A stretch of DNA of 37,792 bases from Nemertoderma westbladi (Eukaryota > Animalia > Xenacoelomorpha). The stretch covers positions 1 to 37,792 of the forward strand of contig JAUCBJ010001354.1 of assembly GCA_032718475.1 (NCBI GenBank), read 5' to 3'. This document shows, in pieces, positions 1 through 11,572 of this stretch. The stretch's first letter is position 1, and every line of letters begins with the position of its first letter. The notes under the pieces were generated by a model. It searched no databases. It had not been told where the DNA came from and saw only the letters and a list, made by a program, of their open reading frames with translations. A program made the position numbers and the translations under genes.

Positions 1-398
1 TAGTCGAGGACCTTTTTATTCCATTGTTCCGGTACAGAGTTCGGCCTATTCGTTTAAATATGCAGAAGAAAAAAAAATAGAATAAATCCTAAAAGATTTA
101 AAAAATAATTTTCAAAAATATTTAAGAAAAAATAATAAAAATTTACTAAATTGCCCGAAAATCACCACCGCACATCAGCGCACGTAATGTTTTAACAGAC
201 AAGTTTTGAAATCGGAGCGCCAATTGGAATAGTAAGAGTCGAGAACTGCAATTCTGTCAAATACTAGAATATCACGTAGATAATGTAGATTTATTCGAAA
301 CTGTAAAAAGTAATTAAATAATTGAATGAAAATATTTAATTTTTTAAAAATTAAATTGAAATACTTGATTGATTATTAGCGAAGTGAAAGTATTTTGT

Positions 399-1229
399 GG
401 GTTATCGGCCTATACCGCTGGGTTATCGGCCTATACCGCTGGGTTATCGGCCTTTACCGCTGGGTTATCGGCCTATACCGCTGGGTTATCGGCCTATACC
501 GGGTTATCGGCCTATACCGCTGGTTTATCGGCCTATACCGCTGGGTTATCGGCCGATACCGCTGGGTTATCGACCGATACCGCTGGGTTATCGGCCGATA
601 CCGCTGGGTTATCGGCCGATACCGCTGGCGCTGGGTTATCGGCCGATACCGCTGGGTTATCGACCTATACCGGGTTATCGGCCTATACCGGTTTATCGGC
701 CTATACCGCTGGGTTATCGGCCGATACCGCTGGGTTATCGGCCTATACCGCTGGGTTATCGGCCTATAACCGGGTTATCGGCCTATACCGCTGGGTTATC
801 GGCCGATACCGCTGGGTTATCGGCCTATACCGCTGGGTTATCGGCCCGTACAGCTGGGTTATCGGCCTATACCGCTGGGTTATCGGCCTATACCGCTGGG
901 TTATCGGCCTATAACCGGGATATCGGCCTATACCGCTGGGTTATCGGCCGATACCGCTGGGTTATCGGCCTATACCGCTGGGTTATCGGCCGATACCGCT
1001 GGGTTATCGGCCTATACCGCTGGGTTATCGGCCTATAACCGGGTTATCGGCCGATACCGCTGGGTTATCGGCCTATACCGCTGGGTTATCGGCCTATACC
1101 GGGTTATCGGCCTATACCGCTAGTTTATCGGCCTATACCGCAGGGTTATTCGGCCTATACCGCTGGGTTATTCGGCCTAAACCGCTGGGTTATTCGGCCT
1201 GAACCGCTGGGTTATCGGCCTATACCGCT
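399..1229. repeat. 21-bp tandem repeat (GGGTTATCGGCCTATACCGCT), about 40 units
   Basis: Direct reading. Variants include a CCGATA form (creating the palindrome TATCGGCCGATA), 18-nt, 19-nt and 22-nt units. The array ends in ...AAAGGACCG at 1238. Confidence 0.97.
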
Positions 1230-1665
1230 AAAGGACCGAACTCCAATCAATGCTGTGTCATACGGACATGGCTGGATTCCCAACGATCGTATAAAGTTAT
1301 ACTTTATACACACCTGATTCTACTTATGCTATAAAGTTACATAATTCATCCAGTTCCGAATATAATATATAAAATAATGATATTTTTATCCCAAATAAAT
1401 GCTGTTCGTTTTATTCTAATTTGTTACAACTCCTATTATTATATTTATAGTTAAGTTTTAGTTTAGTGTAACAAGGTTGAGTATTATTATGTCGCTGCGT
1501 TATATAGTAGAAATAAACTCTAGCCAGTATATATTTACCCACGGCTGGGGTTATGTGCTTGAATGAAAGCTAATTATTGTGCTTTATGAAACAATCCTGT
1601 ATATTTATTGCTTTTTCATTACTATGTTAACTAATTTATATTTTTATAATCGGTAGTCATTATTA

Positions 1666-2105
1666 TAGGGGGTGCGCAGGATATCCAATCCGGACAGAAT
1701 GAAACAATATCCGGTAATCAATTTTACGGATATTTTGTGTTATAATTTTCAGGATACAAATTAGCGGGTTAAGAGGAAATAATATAATTTTATTACCCCT
1801 TTGAGAAAAAGTAAAAAATTAAAAATGTGATTATATTTATATATCCGGTAGTTGTATTAATTTCATATATTCAATTATTCATGTATTATTTAAAATTTCA
1901 TATTATTTATATATATTTATATTATATTATATAATTACATTATATATTATTTGATATTATCTTAAAAAATATTCATTATATAAAAATATTAATAATAATT
2001 ATGACTAAACGTGTGATTTCATAATTAGGCCAAAAAAAACCACATCTAAACAGCTACTTTTTTCCCAGTTTAGTAAATTTTGATAAGCGGTGCGGTGCAT
2101 CCCTA
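1666..2105. mobile_element. Degenerate hAT-type MITE
   Basis: Left end TAGGGGGTGCGCAG; right end CGGTGCATCCCTA (reverse complement TAGGGATGCACCG). Internal ATATCCGG motifs. The flanks CATTATTA / CTTTTATTA are only an imperfect TSD. Confidence 0.5.
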
Positions 2106-2289
2106 CTTTTATTATAATAGTAAATAAAGTAAGACAATCACTGTAAGCAGTGTGTGTCTCTGAACACACCCACACTCAGAGAATAGTTAGTGTTATAGCG
2201 TTGTATTAACTTATTATTTATTTAATCATTATTATATTATACTGTATTTCGCCCTTTGCTTAAATATCACTTCTTTTCTCTAATTTGGT

Positions 2290-3240
2290 GGCACAAGATT
2301 GTCACGGGCTGATCCTCACGATGAAAGCAAACTCCTACGAAGCGGAGGCGGCTTTATTCAAGTGTCAATCACTTGGGGGACCAATCTGACACCTCCACTG
2401 CTGTATAATATCTGGTTGGAGTCCATTGGAGATGTGTACATTGTACTGAGACTGTGAACACGACGTAGCTTTCTTGTTTTAGAGCCAATCATGAACTCCC
2501 ATGGGGGGGGGGGGGGGTGGATCGGCATGCTGCATTGCAGCTGCATTTTTAAGAATTCTGTGCCGGCTTGTCGACAAAATTGCGCCGCCACAACTCCCTA
2601 TCACCCATGACATTTGCTAGGTCATCCGCATCTTCAAGGCCAGTGTCCTTTAAGATGCGTCTCAAGAATATCATGGGCTGTCCACCATGCTTATTCACTC
2701 CATGAGGCTGCCAAAGCACAAGATTATGCACTGGCTGGTCCTCACGGCGAAAGCAATGTTCTGCAAAGCGGGGGCGACTTTGTTCTAGTGTCAAGCTTGG
2801 GGGAACCAATGAGACACCTCCAATGTTATATAGTGTCTGATTGGAGATGTGTGCATTGTACTTGACACAATGAACCCGGCGTAGCATTCTTGTGAATGTA
2901 CCATCCAGAGATTTGGATTTTGATTGAACTCCCATAGGAGTATATTAGTAGAGTACTGGTTCTACTGCTGATCTGAATAATCGGACCTTCAGCTTCCTAT
3001 GTGATTCCCAAATCCTGTACTGGACAACCCACGCAATGCTGTCCATACTATTCAGACAGACTTCCGGATTCATGATCCCAGGTTGCAGAAGTCATAAAAA
3101 TGCTCAAGTACATTATTCTTAGAGCACAGCTTATGATGCACCTGCCCAAATGAGCTAAGGAGACGTTGGGCTCCCTCTAGTGATTCTGAGAGTACTCATA
3201 AGTCATCAGCAAAGTCTGGATCAGTTAGGTACTTGGCTAG
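2290..3240 (-). mobile_element. Decayed RTE-clade LINE fragments (RT 3' part and C-terminus), with a second diverged copy of one segment
   Basis: Minus strand 3202-3240 reads LAKYLTDPDFADD (RT catalytic motif). ORF 2549-2935 carries the RTE C-terminal pattern RFAEHCFRRED...LVLWQP...DRELWRR. 2290-2500 is a diverged copy of 2715-2935. Confidence 0.8.
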
Positions 3241-3464
3241 TCTGTAATAAATCGTACTGAATCCTTACAAAACTCTACCCAGGCGGACCAATTTCCACCA
3301 AAATATTAAAGCCTACTTCGGAAATGAAATCACATATACTGTATACCAAAAAAACCTCAGAAAATTAACAATTTATTATAACAATTTATTAAAATCTTGT
3401 TAAATACTCTGGAAATTTAACAATAAAACAACATATTATATTGTATCTAATATGACTTTATCTC

Positions 3465-4770
3465 ACGCCGGTCCCGAGTGTTGATATTTACACGAACGAG
3501 CGCAGCGAGTGCAATATTGATTCACGACGATTTTCGCAATTATATCAAATTTCTAGAACTATGTTCTAGACCTCTTAAAAAGGTAACAAAAGCATTATTA
3601 ACCGGCATCCTTATTACCAGACCCTAGACAGTGGTTTGCGCGGGAAGATTTGAATATTGAAAGCAATTTTCTTGGAATATCAATTTGACCGAAACCGAGG
3701 TATCAGTTTTAGATATTTTAGAAATTCCTCAATATCCCTCCATTAACAACCCCAAAAGTTTGTCCTGGTTCATTTAAAACAATTCTTTCAAATATCTAAA
3801 CGTTCCGGAATTATGTATCAACGTTCAGAGGAAACGTAGAGATCTGGTTGCCTTTCCTTTAGGAAATGCCTTTCTAGTAAGAATTCCATCATAAAATCGA
3901 TTATTAGTTTGCAAAACTTGACGTAAGTCTATTCTTTACTAAACATTTGTTGGCTATAAAGTAAACATTTGACACTAGCTATTGTTCTAGAACATTTAGA
4001 CTTTAGTAATTTTGTAAGACTGGTGTGGTGGGTCAAATATAAACACGAAAAATGTATTATAATTTTCACAAAATATTTCATTTTTTGACCTATATACCTG
4101 AAAGTTCCATTGTTTGTTTACTAAATTGTTATCTAACTTTGGTTAAGTATTTAGCAATATTTAGCCACCTCCGTCTGCTCTATTTTTCGTCTTTCGAATG
4201 TAATCTAGATATCATAGACCGATTGAACCAATCAGAACCGATCGTATCTGCATATTCCGAATCTGAAAACCCTTTTAGATTTCACAAAATATCGTCGTAG
4301 GTATTATCAAAACTAATCCAAAGCATCTTGAGACGTAAATCAACATAATTTTGATATCTTTGACAATATTCTAGAATATGAAATAGTATTTAGAAATATA
4401 AATTTAAACCCTAAAAGCTAAATAATGAAGATTCTAGAACATAGTAAAAAAAATCATTAGAATTAGGCTACTAGATACATTTCGCCACACTATTGCAGTT
4501 GTGTTAAACTGCTAACTATTCAGCGTCCTCCCAAACTAACAGGCAGCCCATGGTCTGCTACATATTATCTGCCAAGTTTGAGTTAGAAAAACATGAGTCT
4601 GATGGCTCGGTGTTGTTATACAATTTCCTATCTGTTGACTTTGCTTTGGCCGAAACGATGACATCCACACAAGCAAATGCGTAAAATCAGCCTTGAGATA
4701 GCGACGCGGAACAAGTGTTTATTCTGATATAAACATCTGGTATTAAACTCGCTACGCTCGGTAAATAAAA
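3465..4770. mobile_element. Possible non-autonomous element bounded by inverted CGAGCG(C/T)AGCGAGT motifs (Crypton-like termini, tentative)
   Basis: CGAGCGCAGCGAGT at 3497-3510 lies in an imperfect hairpin; the inverted ACTCGCTACGCTCG is at 4747-4760. About 4150-4380 is a diverged relative of the MITE arm at 4845-5060. Confidence 0.3.
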
Positions 4771-4804
4771 TTTAAAAATAAAATAAAATTTTATAATTTA
4801 TGAG

Positions 4805-5370
4805 CTATTTCGATACAACAAGCCGTTAAAAATCTTCTGTTTAGGCAATATTTAGCCCCTCAGTCGGCTTTATTTTTCGTCTTTGGAATGAGATATAGAT
4901 ATCCTTAGAATCGCCTTCATCTGCAGATTCCAAATATGAAAACCGTTTTAAATTTTACCAAAAATTGCCAAAGATTTTATCAAAATACAAAGGTGCAAAT
5001 TTTGAGTCGCAAATCGCTATAATTCTAATGTTTTTTTTACTCAATTCTAGAATATTAATTACGCGTAATAAAGAAACAAGATGGAGAGTTTTAAAAGCTC
5101 AACTAAATAATAATTAATATTCTAGAATAAAGACAAAAAACATTAGAATTATAGCGATTTGCGTCTCAAAAATATTTACACCTTAGTATTTTGATAAAAT
5201 CTTTGGCAATTTTTGGTGAAATTTAAAACGGTTTTCAGATACGGAATTTGCAGATGAAGGCGATTCTCCTCATAATATCTAGATTAAATTCAAAAGTTAA
5301 AAATAAAGCCAACAGAGATGGTTAAATATTGTGAAAAAGGCGTTTTTAACGGCTTGTTGTATCGAAATAG
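4805..5370. mobile_element. Fold-back MITE with ~255-bp inverted arms
   Basis: Perfect 28-bp terminal inverted repeat CTATTTCGATACAACAAGCCGTTAAAAA (4805-4832 / 5343-5370). The arms remain complementary inward to about 5060 / 5110. No clear TSD. Confidence 0.85.
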
Positions 5371-5708
5371 ATAAGAAAGGTAAACTGTAGTAAATTTAAC
5401 AGTATACTTTGGATTTCGATGTTCCAGAAATAGAAAGGCAAAAATCGTCAAGTCATGTGCGTTTCTCTGTAATTAGGTAGTAAATTCCAGTTACTCTAAT
5501 AATTACTGTAGGTTTGGCTTCGAACATATCACAGTATGCGAATCGATGGGGGGCTATCGATTAAATAAAATGGTTCTAAAATCTAAAGATTTTAATTCCA
5601 ACGATGTCGTCAATAATTATTTACAAGAATTTACACAAAAGAAAATTAATTCTTTATTATTTAAATAAAATACAAATGCATCAAAATATTTTATCAAACA
5701 GAGATTAA

Positions 5709-8700
5709 CTAGTCGGTGGATAAAACGTGTTCCTCCGAGACTATAATCCCTCGAAGTAAAACGTTGTATTTCAGAACCGAATCCGATTTCAACGTTAACC
5801 CTATGCCGGTCTCTACGGGTACATCCGGATTACAACCAATCACGGGCTTCCACGTCAAACTAACCACCTTAGACCCACCGACGTCCATACTCCCTTTAAC
5901 TATGTCGATACTGAAACCAAACTGCTGAATGGCGGTTATCGCGTCGAAACTAAACTCCCCTCCCTTTTTCCCTTGTAGCGATGGCGACTTGGAGCAGCCA
6001 ATAGTAAGCCGACGAGTGGCTGGGTTGTAGCCGGAATCCGATACGAGGCTTTGGAAGACGAGGATGATCTTCTCGGTTTGGTCGACGGGATCGCCGGTGA
6101 CGACAAACGGAGGAGATGATAAACTCTCTTGGCGAGGTCGGAAGTCGTCGTAACCGGTAACGTAAACCAATGAGGGCGTGGCGACACCGATTAGGTCGAT
6201 GTCGCGGTACGGCAGACCGAACAGACTGATAGACGCTCGGTCCGCCATCCAGCGGCTGGGGTGGTCCGGTGCGAAAGTCGCGGTGAGCTCGCGAGTCGTC
6301 CCCGGGGGGATACAACCGGAAACCGGACTCACGTCGAACACAACCGCGCCGCCCCAATTCTGGTTGCCGACCGCCGCGCTATCGGTGGTTTGAACTTCCC
6401 GCGTCCGCGACGCTAAACTAACCCGGAAGTTCACGTCAATATCGGACCGATTACCAACCGAGATTACTCTACTAGTCGTCTCTTTAGCGAGAATATGTCC
6501 GAAGTCGATACTACCCGGTTCCGGGCCGCCGGTGTCCACGTCTACGGAAGGGGAAACACCCAGACCGACCAGCTGGATGTGAAGCGAGGCGCCCCCAGCG
6601 GAGAAGGTTAGAGTTTCGTTGAAAGAGTCAGCGAGAGTCGGGGTGAATGAAAGTATTAAAGTGGCGGTCGAATCGGGTTGTAGAGGCCGGAGAGCGTTGA
6701 CTAGAAGGAAAGGGCCGTAGAGATCGAGAATAGAGGAACCGAGTTCTAGAACCCTATTGGATATATTTTGTAACGTCACCGACTTAGTCGCCTTGCTACC
6801 GAGGGCGACCTGATTGAAGTCAACCACGGGGTTGCCGTGATTACTGAGTAGAACCAACGAGGGAGCTACAACCGGGCAATGGACCCTGAGGTAGAGGGTG
6901 TTGGCGATGTTGTACGGGAGGCCGCTACCGGCATCGCCGCTACTACGGGCCTCGCCGACGTAACACGGGATAGTAAAGGAGGACAGCTGCGATTGGTAGT
7001 CGCGTAGCAACGTACTCCTCGCTCGGTTGTACTCCACCGATCTAGTCTGTATGTCCTCGACGCTGGGAAGTGTAACCGGTTCATCAACCGACGGTTTAGC
7101 GGCTGATTTTAGATTCTCTTTAGATTTGCTTTTTTTACTTTTAACTGGTTTATCTTCTTCCTCTACGGCTCTCAATCTCTTCATCTCGACTTCTTCCTTT
7201 AGAAACTCGAGCGCTTTCTCCCGGATATCGGAGTCCGAGAGTGTTGGGGCGAATCGGACTCGGACCCGGACCTTGTCGCCCGGGGCGACCACACCGACCA
7301 TGGGGTCGCACAGCAACCAGGGGGTGGGCGACACCAGCTGGTAGGGCGTGGGCCCCACGGCGGGTACCGGGCCCTTGGAGCCGGCGCGCGGCACCGCGTG
7401 GGTGTACTCGTTGGTCGAGCAGTGAGTGTTCGCCACCGAGAAGGCCATAACCGCCGCGTCGTACGGGACGGTAGCCGGGAACCGCAGCTCCGAGTCGCTC
7501 AACTCCAGCGGAGTCTTACAACCGATTCCGCGACACTCGATACTAAAATCCCGATTAATCAAGGTCTTACAGTTGATCTGGAACTTGTAATCCTTTGCTT
7601 TACCCGGTTTGAATATAACATCGAGTTTTATTGACTCCCTAGGGAGAATGGTCCCGAATCCATGATTGGGTTGGACCTCCACAAAGTTAGGCAGACCGAG
7701 GAAGCCGAACTCCTGGGGAAGTAGGCTCCGATTGGTCATTGTTATCTCGTGAACCGCTGACTCGTGCACCGTGCAGTAGCCAAAGTCGAGATCCGATTGG
7801 TCAAAGTCGATTCCCATCTCCGTGGTGACGGCCAATAGAGTGAAGGTGACCGGAGCCGTTTGATTGGCTACTCTGATGGTTATAGGCGCTTCTAGAACGC
7901 CGTCCGACCAATAGGAGGTGGCGGTTAGCGACGCGTTGGGTCGGAACTTCAACTGACCCGTGAAAGTGGACCGACTCTGAATGAATCCGGTTTTCGGGAG
8001 GATCTCGATGTGTTCCCTCAGCTCCTTGGGCACCTCGAACTTTATCCGCAACGCCGAAGGACTTCGACTCTCCACCGTCAGACTCTCCTGGTACAGCCGG
8101 TCGTCCGCGCAGATCCGCATGTCGATAACCTGCCGATCCAACCGGATGGGAATGTCGATGGCGTTAGCGGCGACACGAACCGAGATCGACGGGGTCGACT
8201 CATCCTCGAACTCAACAACGAACTCGACATCGACGCGTCCCGGTATAGTCGGCTTGTATACCAACTCGAGTTTAGTTTGCGAGAAAGCCCTGATATCTCC
8301 GCCAGCAGTGACGTTAGAGACACCGTCTAGAAAACTTGAGGAATCCATTTCCATGATAGATGGGACAACAGTAGAACTATCTTTAACGTTATCTATAATA
8401 CTGTCTTCTATAACCTCAATTACATCATCTCGAATATCGGTAATGTCATCAATGCCATCCTTCTCGCTAACTTTCTCTTCAACTACTACAATAGTACTTT
8501 CAGTGACGCTGCTATCTACCTTCTCTGCGGGGACCTGTCTACGGAAGGCGAACCGCGATCCCAGAGCACCGCTGTTACGTAGCATTACAGACCGTCTCAA
8601 GGTCTCACCTATAACCACCTGGGCGCCGAAATCGACACGATTGCTGTCCAAGCTGACGTCAACCTTCTTGGTGGAACAACGAATCGGGATTCTATACTCC

Positions 8701-10631
8701 CCGGTCTGACCGAGGAAGATTACGAAACCATCGAGGTCCTCATTGATCATGGGGCTGAATGACACGAGCAACTCGCACGACATTCCGGCCGACAGCTGCC
8801 CGGGGGAATCGAATTCAACGCGGATAAAATCCTTAAGATGTTCAGAGATTCCAACCAACTTCAAGGAGATTATGGAATATGATATGTTAGTGATAATGAC
8901 CTTCTTCTTGTATTCACTGCCGACATTCAAGTCATTGAAATGAATAATCTCCGGTTTACTTTGGAAGGCTACCCCGACAAACTCTCTACCACAGACAACC
9001 TGTTTCTTCACTATGGCTCCTCTCTGCCGCTCTAATGCCCCGGCCATGATATCCCGCTCCATTTTACTCTGGTAGTTGAGTGTAAACTCTCCCTGTTTCA
9101 CCTCTGGCTTGACCACCCCTTCGCCCCCACCCAACCACAACCCAGGGAACTCCGGAAGAGCCAAGTCCTCATCTTCCTCCTCTATGTGATCCCCGGAGGA
9201 GAGACTGGGCTCCTCCCTGAGGCCGAAGGGCGAGAACTCAGCATCGTCCGAGGAGACCACCGGAAGGACTCGACTCCTTCCTATCGGTTCTCTCATCCGC
9301 TCATCAACGTCTCCGTCAACCGAACTGCTTCCACTCGTCGCTACCCGATGTTTGTGCCGAGGTTTGCTCCGACCCACGAACACGCGCTGTCGAACCCCCC
9401 GTTTCCCCCCACTCGCTGCCCCCTGGTCCCCCCTTTTTCCCCCAGTCACAGCCCCACTTGCTGGGTCCACTATCGGCCCCAACCTTTTCTTGTGCTTCTC
9501 TTCTCTAAGTAACCTAGCCACGATCTCAGTCTCCCTATTTCTCTGCTCGCTCTCGAACAATTCATCCTCCCGTAACAACTGCTTCATGCGACTCTTCCTC
9601 ATCAAAACCTCCTCGGAATTACTCCCAGAAGCATCAATAGCTGCTTTACTTTCCCCATCAATCACTCCAGCCGCGGCTTCCACTGCTAAATTCCTGGCCT
9701 TATGAACCGCGAGAATATCCTTATTAGCTTCAATATTACCCTTGAGGGACAACAGACTGTTAACCTTCCTATCCAACTGATCCCTCAATCTTTCCTCCTC
9801 ATCAGCCTCTCTCTGCCGAACCCTCGCCATTGTCTCTTTTAGGAACTTGTTGGCCTGCTCTCTGTTGCGTCTCGCGCTAGCCATCGCTTGTCTTTGCTTC
9901 CTCTCACGCTCTCTCACCGCCGCCATATGATCTTTATCCCGCGCCCGCCGGCGTTTCTCAGCGAGTATCGCTTGGGCTTGCTCTTTCCTGAGACGAATGG
10001 CCCCAGCCTCCTGTTTCTCCGCCTCTACGCGATCTTCCACCGTTTTCAACTCATCTTCTAATAGGAAGTAGCGGGCCTGTTCAACCTGAGCCTTGGCGAG
10101 ATCCATCTCAGTTCCTTGCAACGTTTCAGCCATATTTATCTCGAGTTGTTCCTCTGCAGTTACTTCGCGGCACAATCTCCCATGCATCGATCGCAGTCTG
10201 TAGAGCGGACCGTTCTGGTTACTCGCTTCCGCCTCCTTTATAGCTTCTAACACTTGATCGCGTTCACTAATGAGTTCCTGCAGCCGAGAGCGGCATTCCC
10301 TAAGTTCGTCTCGCGTTCTCTGGAAGTTGAATTCGCGTTCCAGCACTGCCTCGCTCAGGGCGTCTAGATGTCTGCGCAAGGCGACCGCTTTGAGTTTATC
10401 CTGTTGGGAGTGTTTGTGGATGGTGACGGGTTTACACTCAGAGGTCCCATCGGGAGGGAACATCGAGGTGGAATCCTCCTCACTCGGGGAGATCGGGACA
10501 TCGGCTTCTTCATCTGAGTCGAACTCAATGGCCCCCTCGTCGGTTATATCCGACTCCATTACAACAGCGCGCGATGAGGAACGCGGTTCCTCCTTGTCGG
10601 AACTTTGTATATCAGACTGATTCGAGTCCAT
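5709..10631 (-). CDS. CFAP74: Cilia- and flagella-associated protein 74, single-exon ORF of 1640 aa
   Basis: Uninterrupted ATG-to-TAG ORF. N-terminal coiled coil followed by repeated ASH/Hydin-type Ig-like segments. Recognisable CFAP74 motifs: FQSKPEIIHFNDLNVGSEYKKKVIITN, DSPGQLSAGMSCELLVSFSPMINEDL, LDFGYCTVHESA, VQPNHGFGTILPRE. Confidence 0.92.
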   Translation of the reverse strand: MDSNQSDIQSSDKEEPRSSSRAVVMESDITDEGAIEFDSDEEADVPISPSEEDSTSMFPPDGTSECKPVTIHKHSQQDKLKAVALRRHLDALSEAVLEREFNFQRTRDELRECRSRLQELISERDQVLEAIKEAEASNQNGPLYRLRSMHGRLCREVTAEEQLEINMAETLQGTEMDLAKAQVEQARYFLLEDELKTVEDRVEAEKQEAGAIRLRKEQAQAILAEKRRRARDKDHMAAVRERERKQRQAMASARRNREQANKFLKETMARVRQREADEEERLRDQLDRKVNSLLSLKGNIEANKDILAVHKARNLAVEAAAGVIDGESKAAIDASGSNSEEVLMRKSRMKQLLREDELFESEQRNRETEIVARLLREEKHKKRLGPIVDPASGAVTGGKRGDQGAASGGKRGVRQRVFVGRSKPRHKHRVATSGSSSVDGDVDERMREPIGRSRVLPVVSSDDAEFSPFGLREEPSLSSGDHIEEEDEDLALPEFPGLWLGGGEGVVKPEVKQGEFTLNYQSKMERDIMAGALERQRGAIVKKQVVCGREFVGVAFQSKPEIIHFNDLNVGSEYKKKVIITNISYSIISLKLVGISEHLKDFIRVEFDSPGQLSAGMSCELLVSFSPMINEDLDGFVIFLGQTGEYRIPIRCSTKKVDVSLDSNRVDFGAQVVIGETLRRSVMLRNSGALGSRFAFRRQVPAEKVDSSVTESTIVVVEEKVSEKDGIDDITDIRDDVIEVIEDSIIDNVKDSSTVVPSIMEMDSSSFLDGVSNVTAGGDIRAFSQTKLELVYKPTIPGRVDVEFVVEFEDESTPSISVRVAANAIDIPIRLDRQVIDMRICADDRLYQESLTVESRSPSALRIKFEVPKELREHIEILPKTGFIQSRSTFTGQLKFRPNASLTATSYWSDGVLEAPITIRVANQTAPVTFTLLAVTTEMGIDFDQSDLDFGYCTVHESAVHEITMTNRSLLPQEFGFLGLPNFVEVQPNHGFGTILPRESIKLDVIFKPGKAKDYKFQINCKTLINRDFSIECRGIGCKTPLELSDSELRFPATVPYDAAVMAFSVANTHCSTNEYTHAVPRAGSKGPVPAVGPTPYQLVSPTPWLLCDPMVGVVAPGDKVRVRVRFAPTLSDSDIREKALEFLKEEVEMKRLRAVEEEDKPVKSKKSKSKENLKSAAKPSVDEPVTLPSVEDIQTRSVEYNRARSTLLRDYQSQLSSFTIPCYVGEARSSGDAGSGLPYNIANTLYLRVHCPVVAPSLVLLSNHGNPVVDFNQVALGSKATKSVTLQNISNRVLELGSSILDLYGPFLLVNALRPLQPDSTATLILSFTPTLADSFNETLTFSAGGASLHIQLVGLGVSPSVDVDTGGPEPGSIDFGHILAKETTSRVISVGNRSDIDVNFRVSLASRTREVQTTDSAAVGNQNWGGAVVFDVSPVSGCIPPGTTRELTATFAPDHPSRWMADRASISLFGLPYRDIDLIGVATPSLVYVTGYDDFRPRQESLSSPPFVVTGDPVDQTEKIILVFQSLVSDSGYNPATRRLTIGCSKSPSLQGKKGGEFSFDAITAIQQFGFSIDIVKGSMDVGGSKVVSLTWKPVIGCNPDVPVETGIGLTLKSDSVLKYNVLLRGIIVSEEHVLSTD

Positions 10632-11456
10632 TTCTTATGTTCTTTTAGGATTATATAATATAACAGGCAACAACTAGCTGACTGGTAAGAGTGATATATA
10701 TATTAAATATCGGTTTTTAATAACTTCAAATCACTTCCTATGAATATATTTCTGCTGTAGGCCTACTGTCAGACTGTATAATGCAGTAATTAATCGGGAA
10801 CGTTCCTGTTTCCTGTTTGGGGGCCTCCATTTTGAATTTTTTTAAAATGTCATTTTACCAGTTCCCGTGGCAAACCACGTATAAAATTTTTGTATTTTTG
10901 CCCTTTTGGTGAATTTACCGCTTCCTAGAGAAAACCGCCACTTAGAAATTTGGTCAATTTACCGGTTTCCTACTGTCAGACTGTCCTATAACTTTAATTT
11001 ATAATTTTGGTTCAAAGTAAGCTGCTCCCAACTGCCCAAGGTACACCAGTATTCTGGTGCCGGTATTGGCAGATTGGATTTAGCAAAGGACAAAAGGAAG
11101 ATTAGGCCTAGCTGCAGAGCTAGGTTGATTGATTGAGCTAGATTGGTTGATCAGTTGATTCGCTATAATTTAAATATAGATATTCCTATCATCCTATGGC
11201 TGTATATGGTGTATTTTTGTATTGTGTAGGCCTACAAGGCCCCTTCAAAAATTTAGCCAACTTCAACTACCGGTAGGTGGTAGGCCAGGCCTACTGCCTG
11301 ACTGCACTGCAGTGTCAGTGTGTACGGCTGAACCAGCTGTACAGTACACGGTAGTTGAGTCTTCTCTTACCGGTACCTCTTACTGTCTTACTGTCTTAGG
11401 CCTATACGTTTTATGCTTAAACGATAAAATTCACTACAGCACTAGGCATCATCTAA

Positions 11457-11572
11457 AGGCCTGTTTACACGTGGCAACTTTTAGAGCAACTTTCTCGGCA
11501 ACTTGTAGAGCAACCCAGGTTGCCGATCAAGTTGCTCCGTGTAAACACGTAAAAAAGTTGGCGGTAACTTGA
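11457..11572. mobile_element. Terminal fragment of a PIF/Harbinger-like MITE
   Basis: TAA followed by AGGCCTGTTTACACG. Internal inverted TGTTTACACG / CGTGTAAACA (11462-11471 / 11538-11547) with repeated GCAACT / AGTTGC motifs. The other end was not found. Confidence 0.5.

Noticed and set aside
37-50. GAGTTCGG as a left TIR matching CCGAACTC at 1236-1243
   Set aside because: Only 8 bp match and no convincing TSD; may be chance.
369-1038. Three overlapping ORFs (AGLSAYT, GYRPIPL and WVIGLYR repeats)
   Set aside because: By-products of a stop-free 21-bp unit; 19-nt and 22-nt variants break the frames and the starts are non-ATG.
399-1229. CRISPR array or telomeric repeat
   Set aside because: No unique spacers and eukaryotic context; GGGTTA occurs once per unit, not as (TTAGGG)n.
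5716-10620. Many short ORFs overlapping CFAP74
   Set aside because: Shadow frames of a GC-rich coding sequence; no recognisable domains.
10861-10875. X-box-like GTTCCCGTGGCAAAC upstream of CFAP74
   Set aside because: Right half-site does not fit RGYAAC, and it lies within repeated TTACC..TTCC motifs that look TE-derived.
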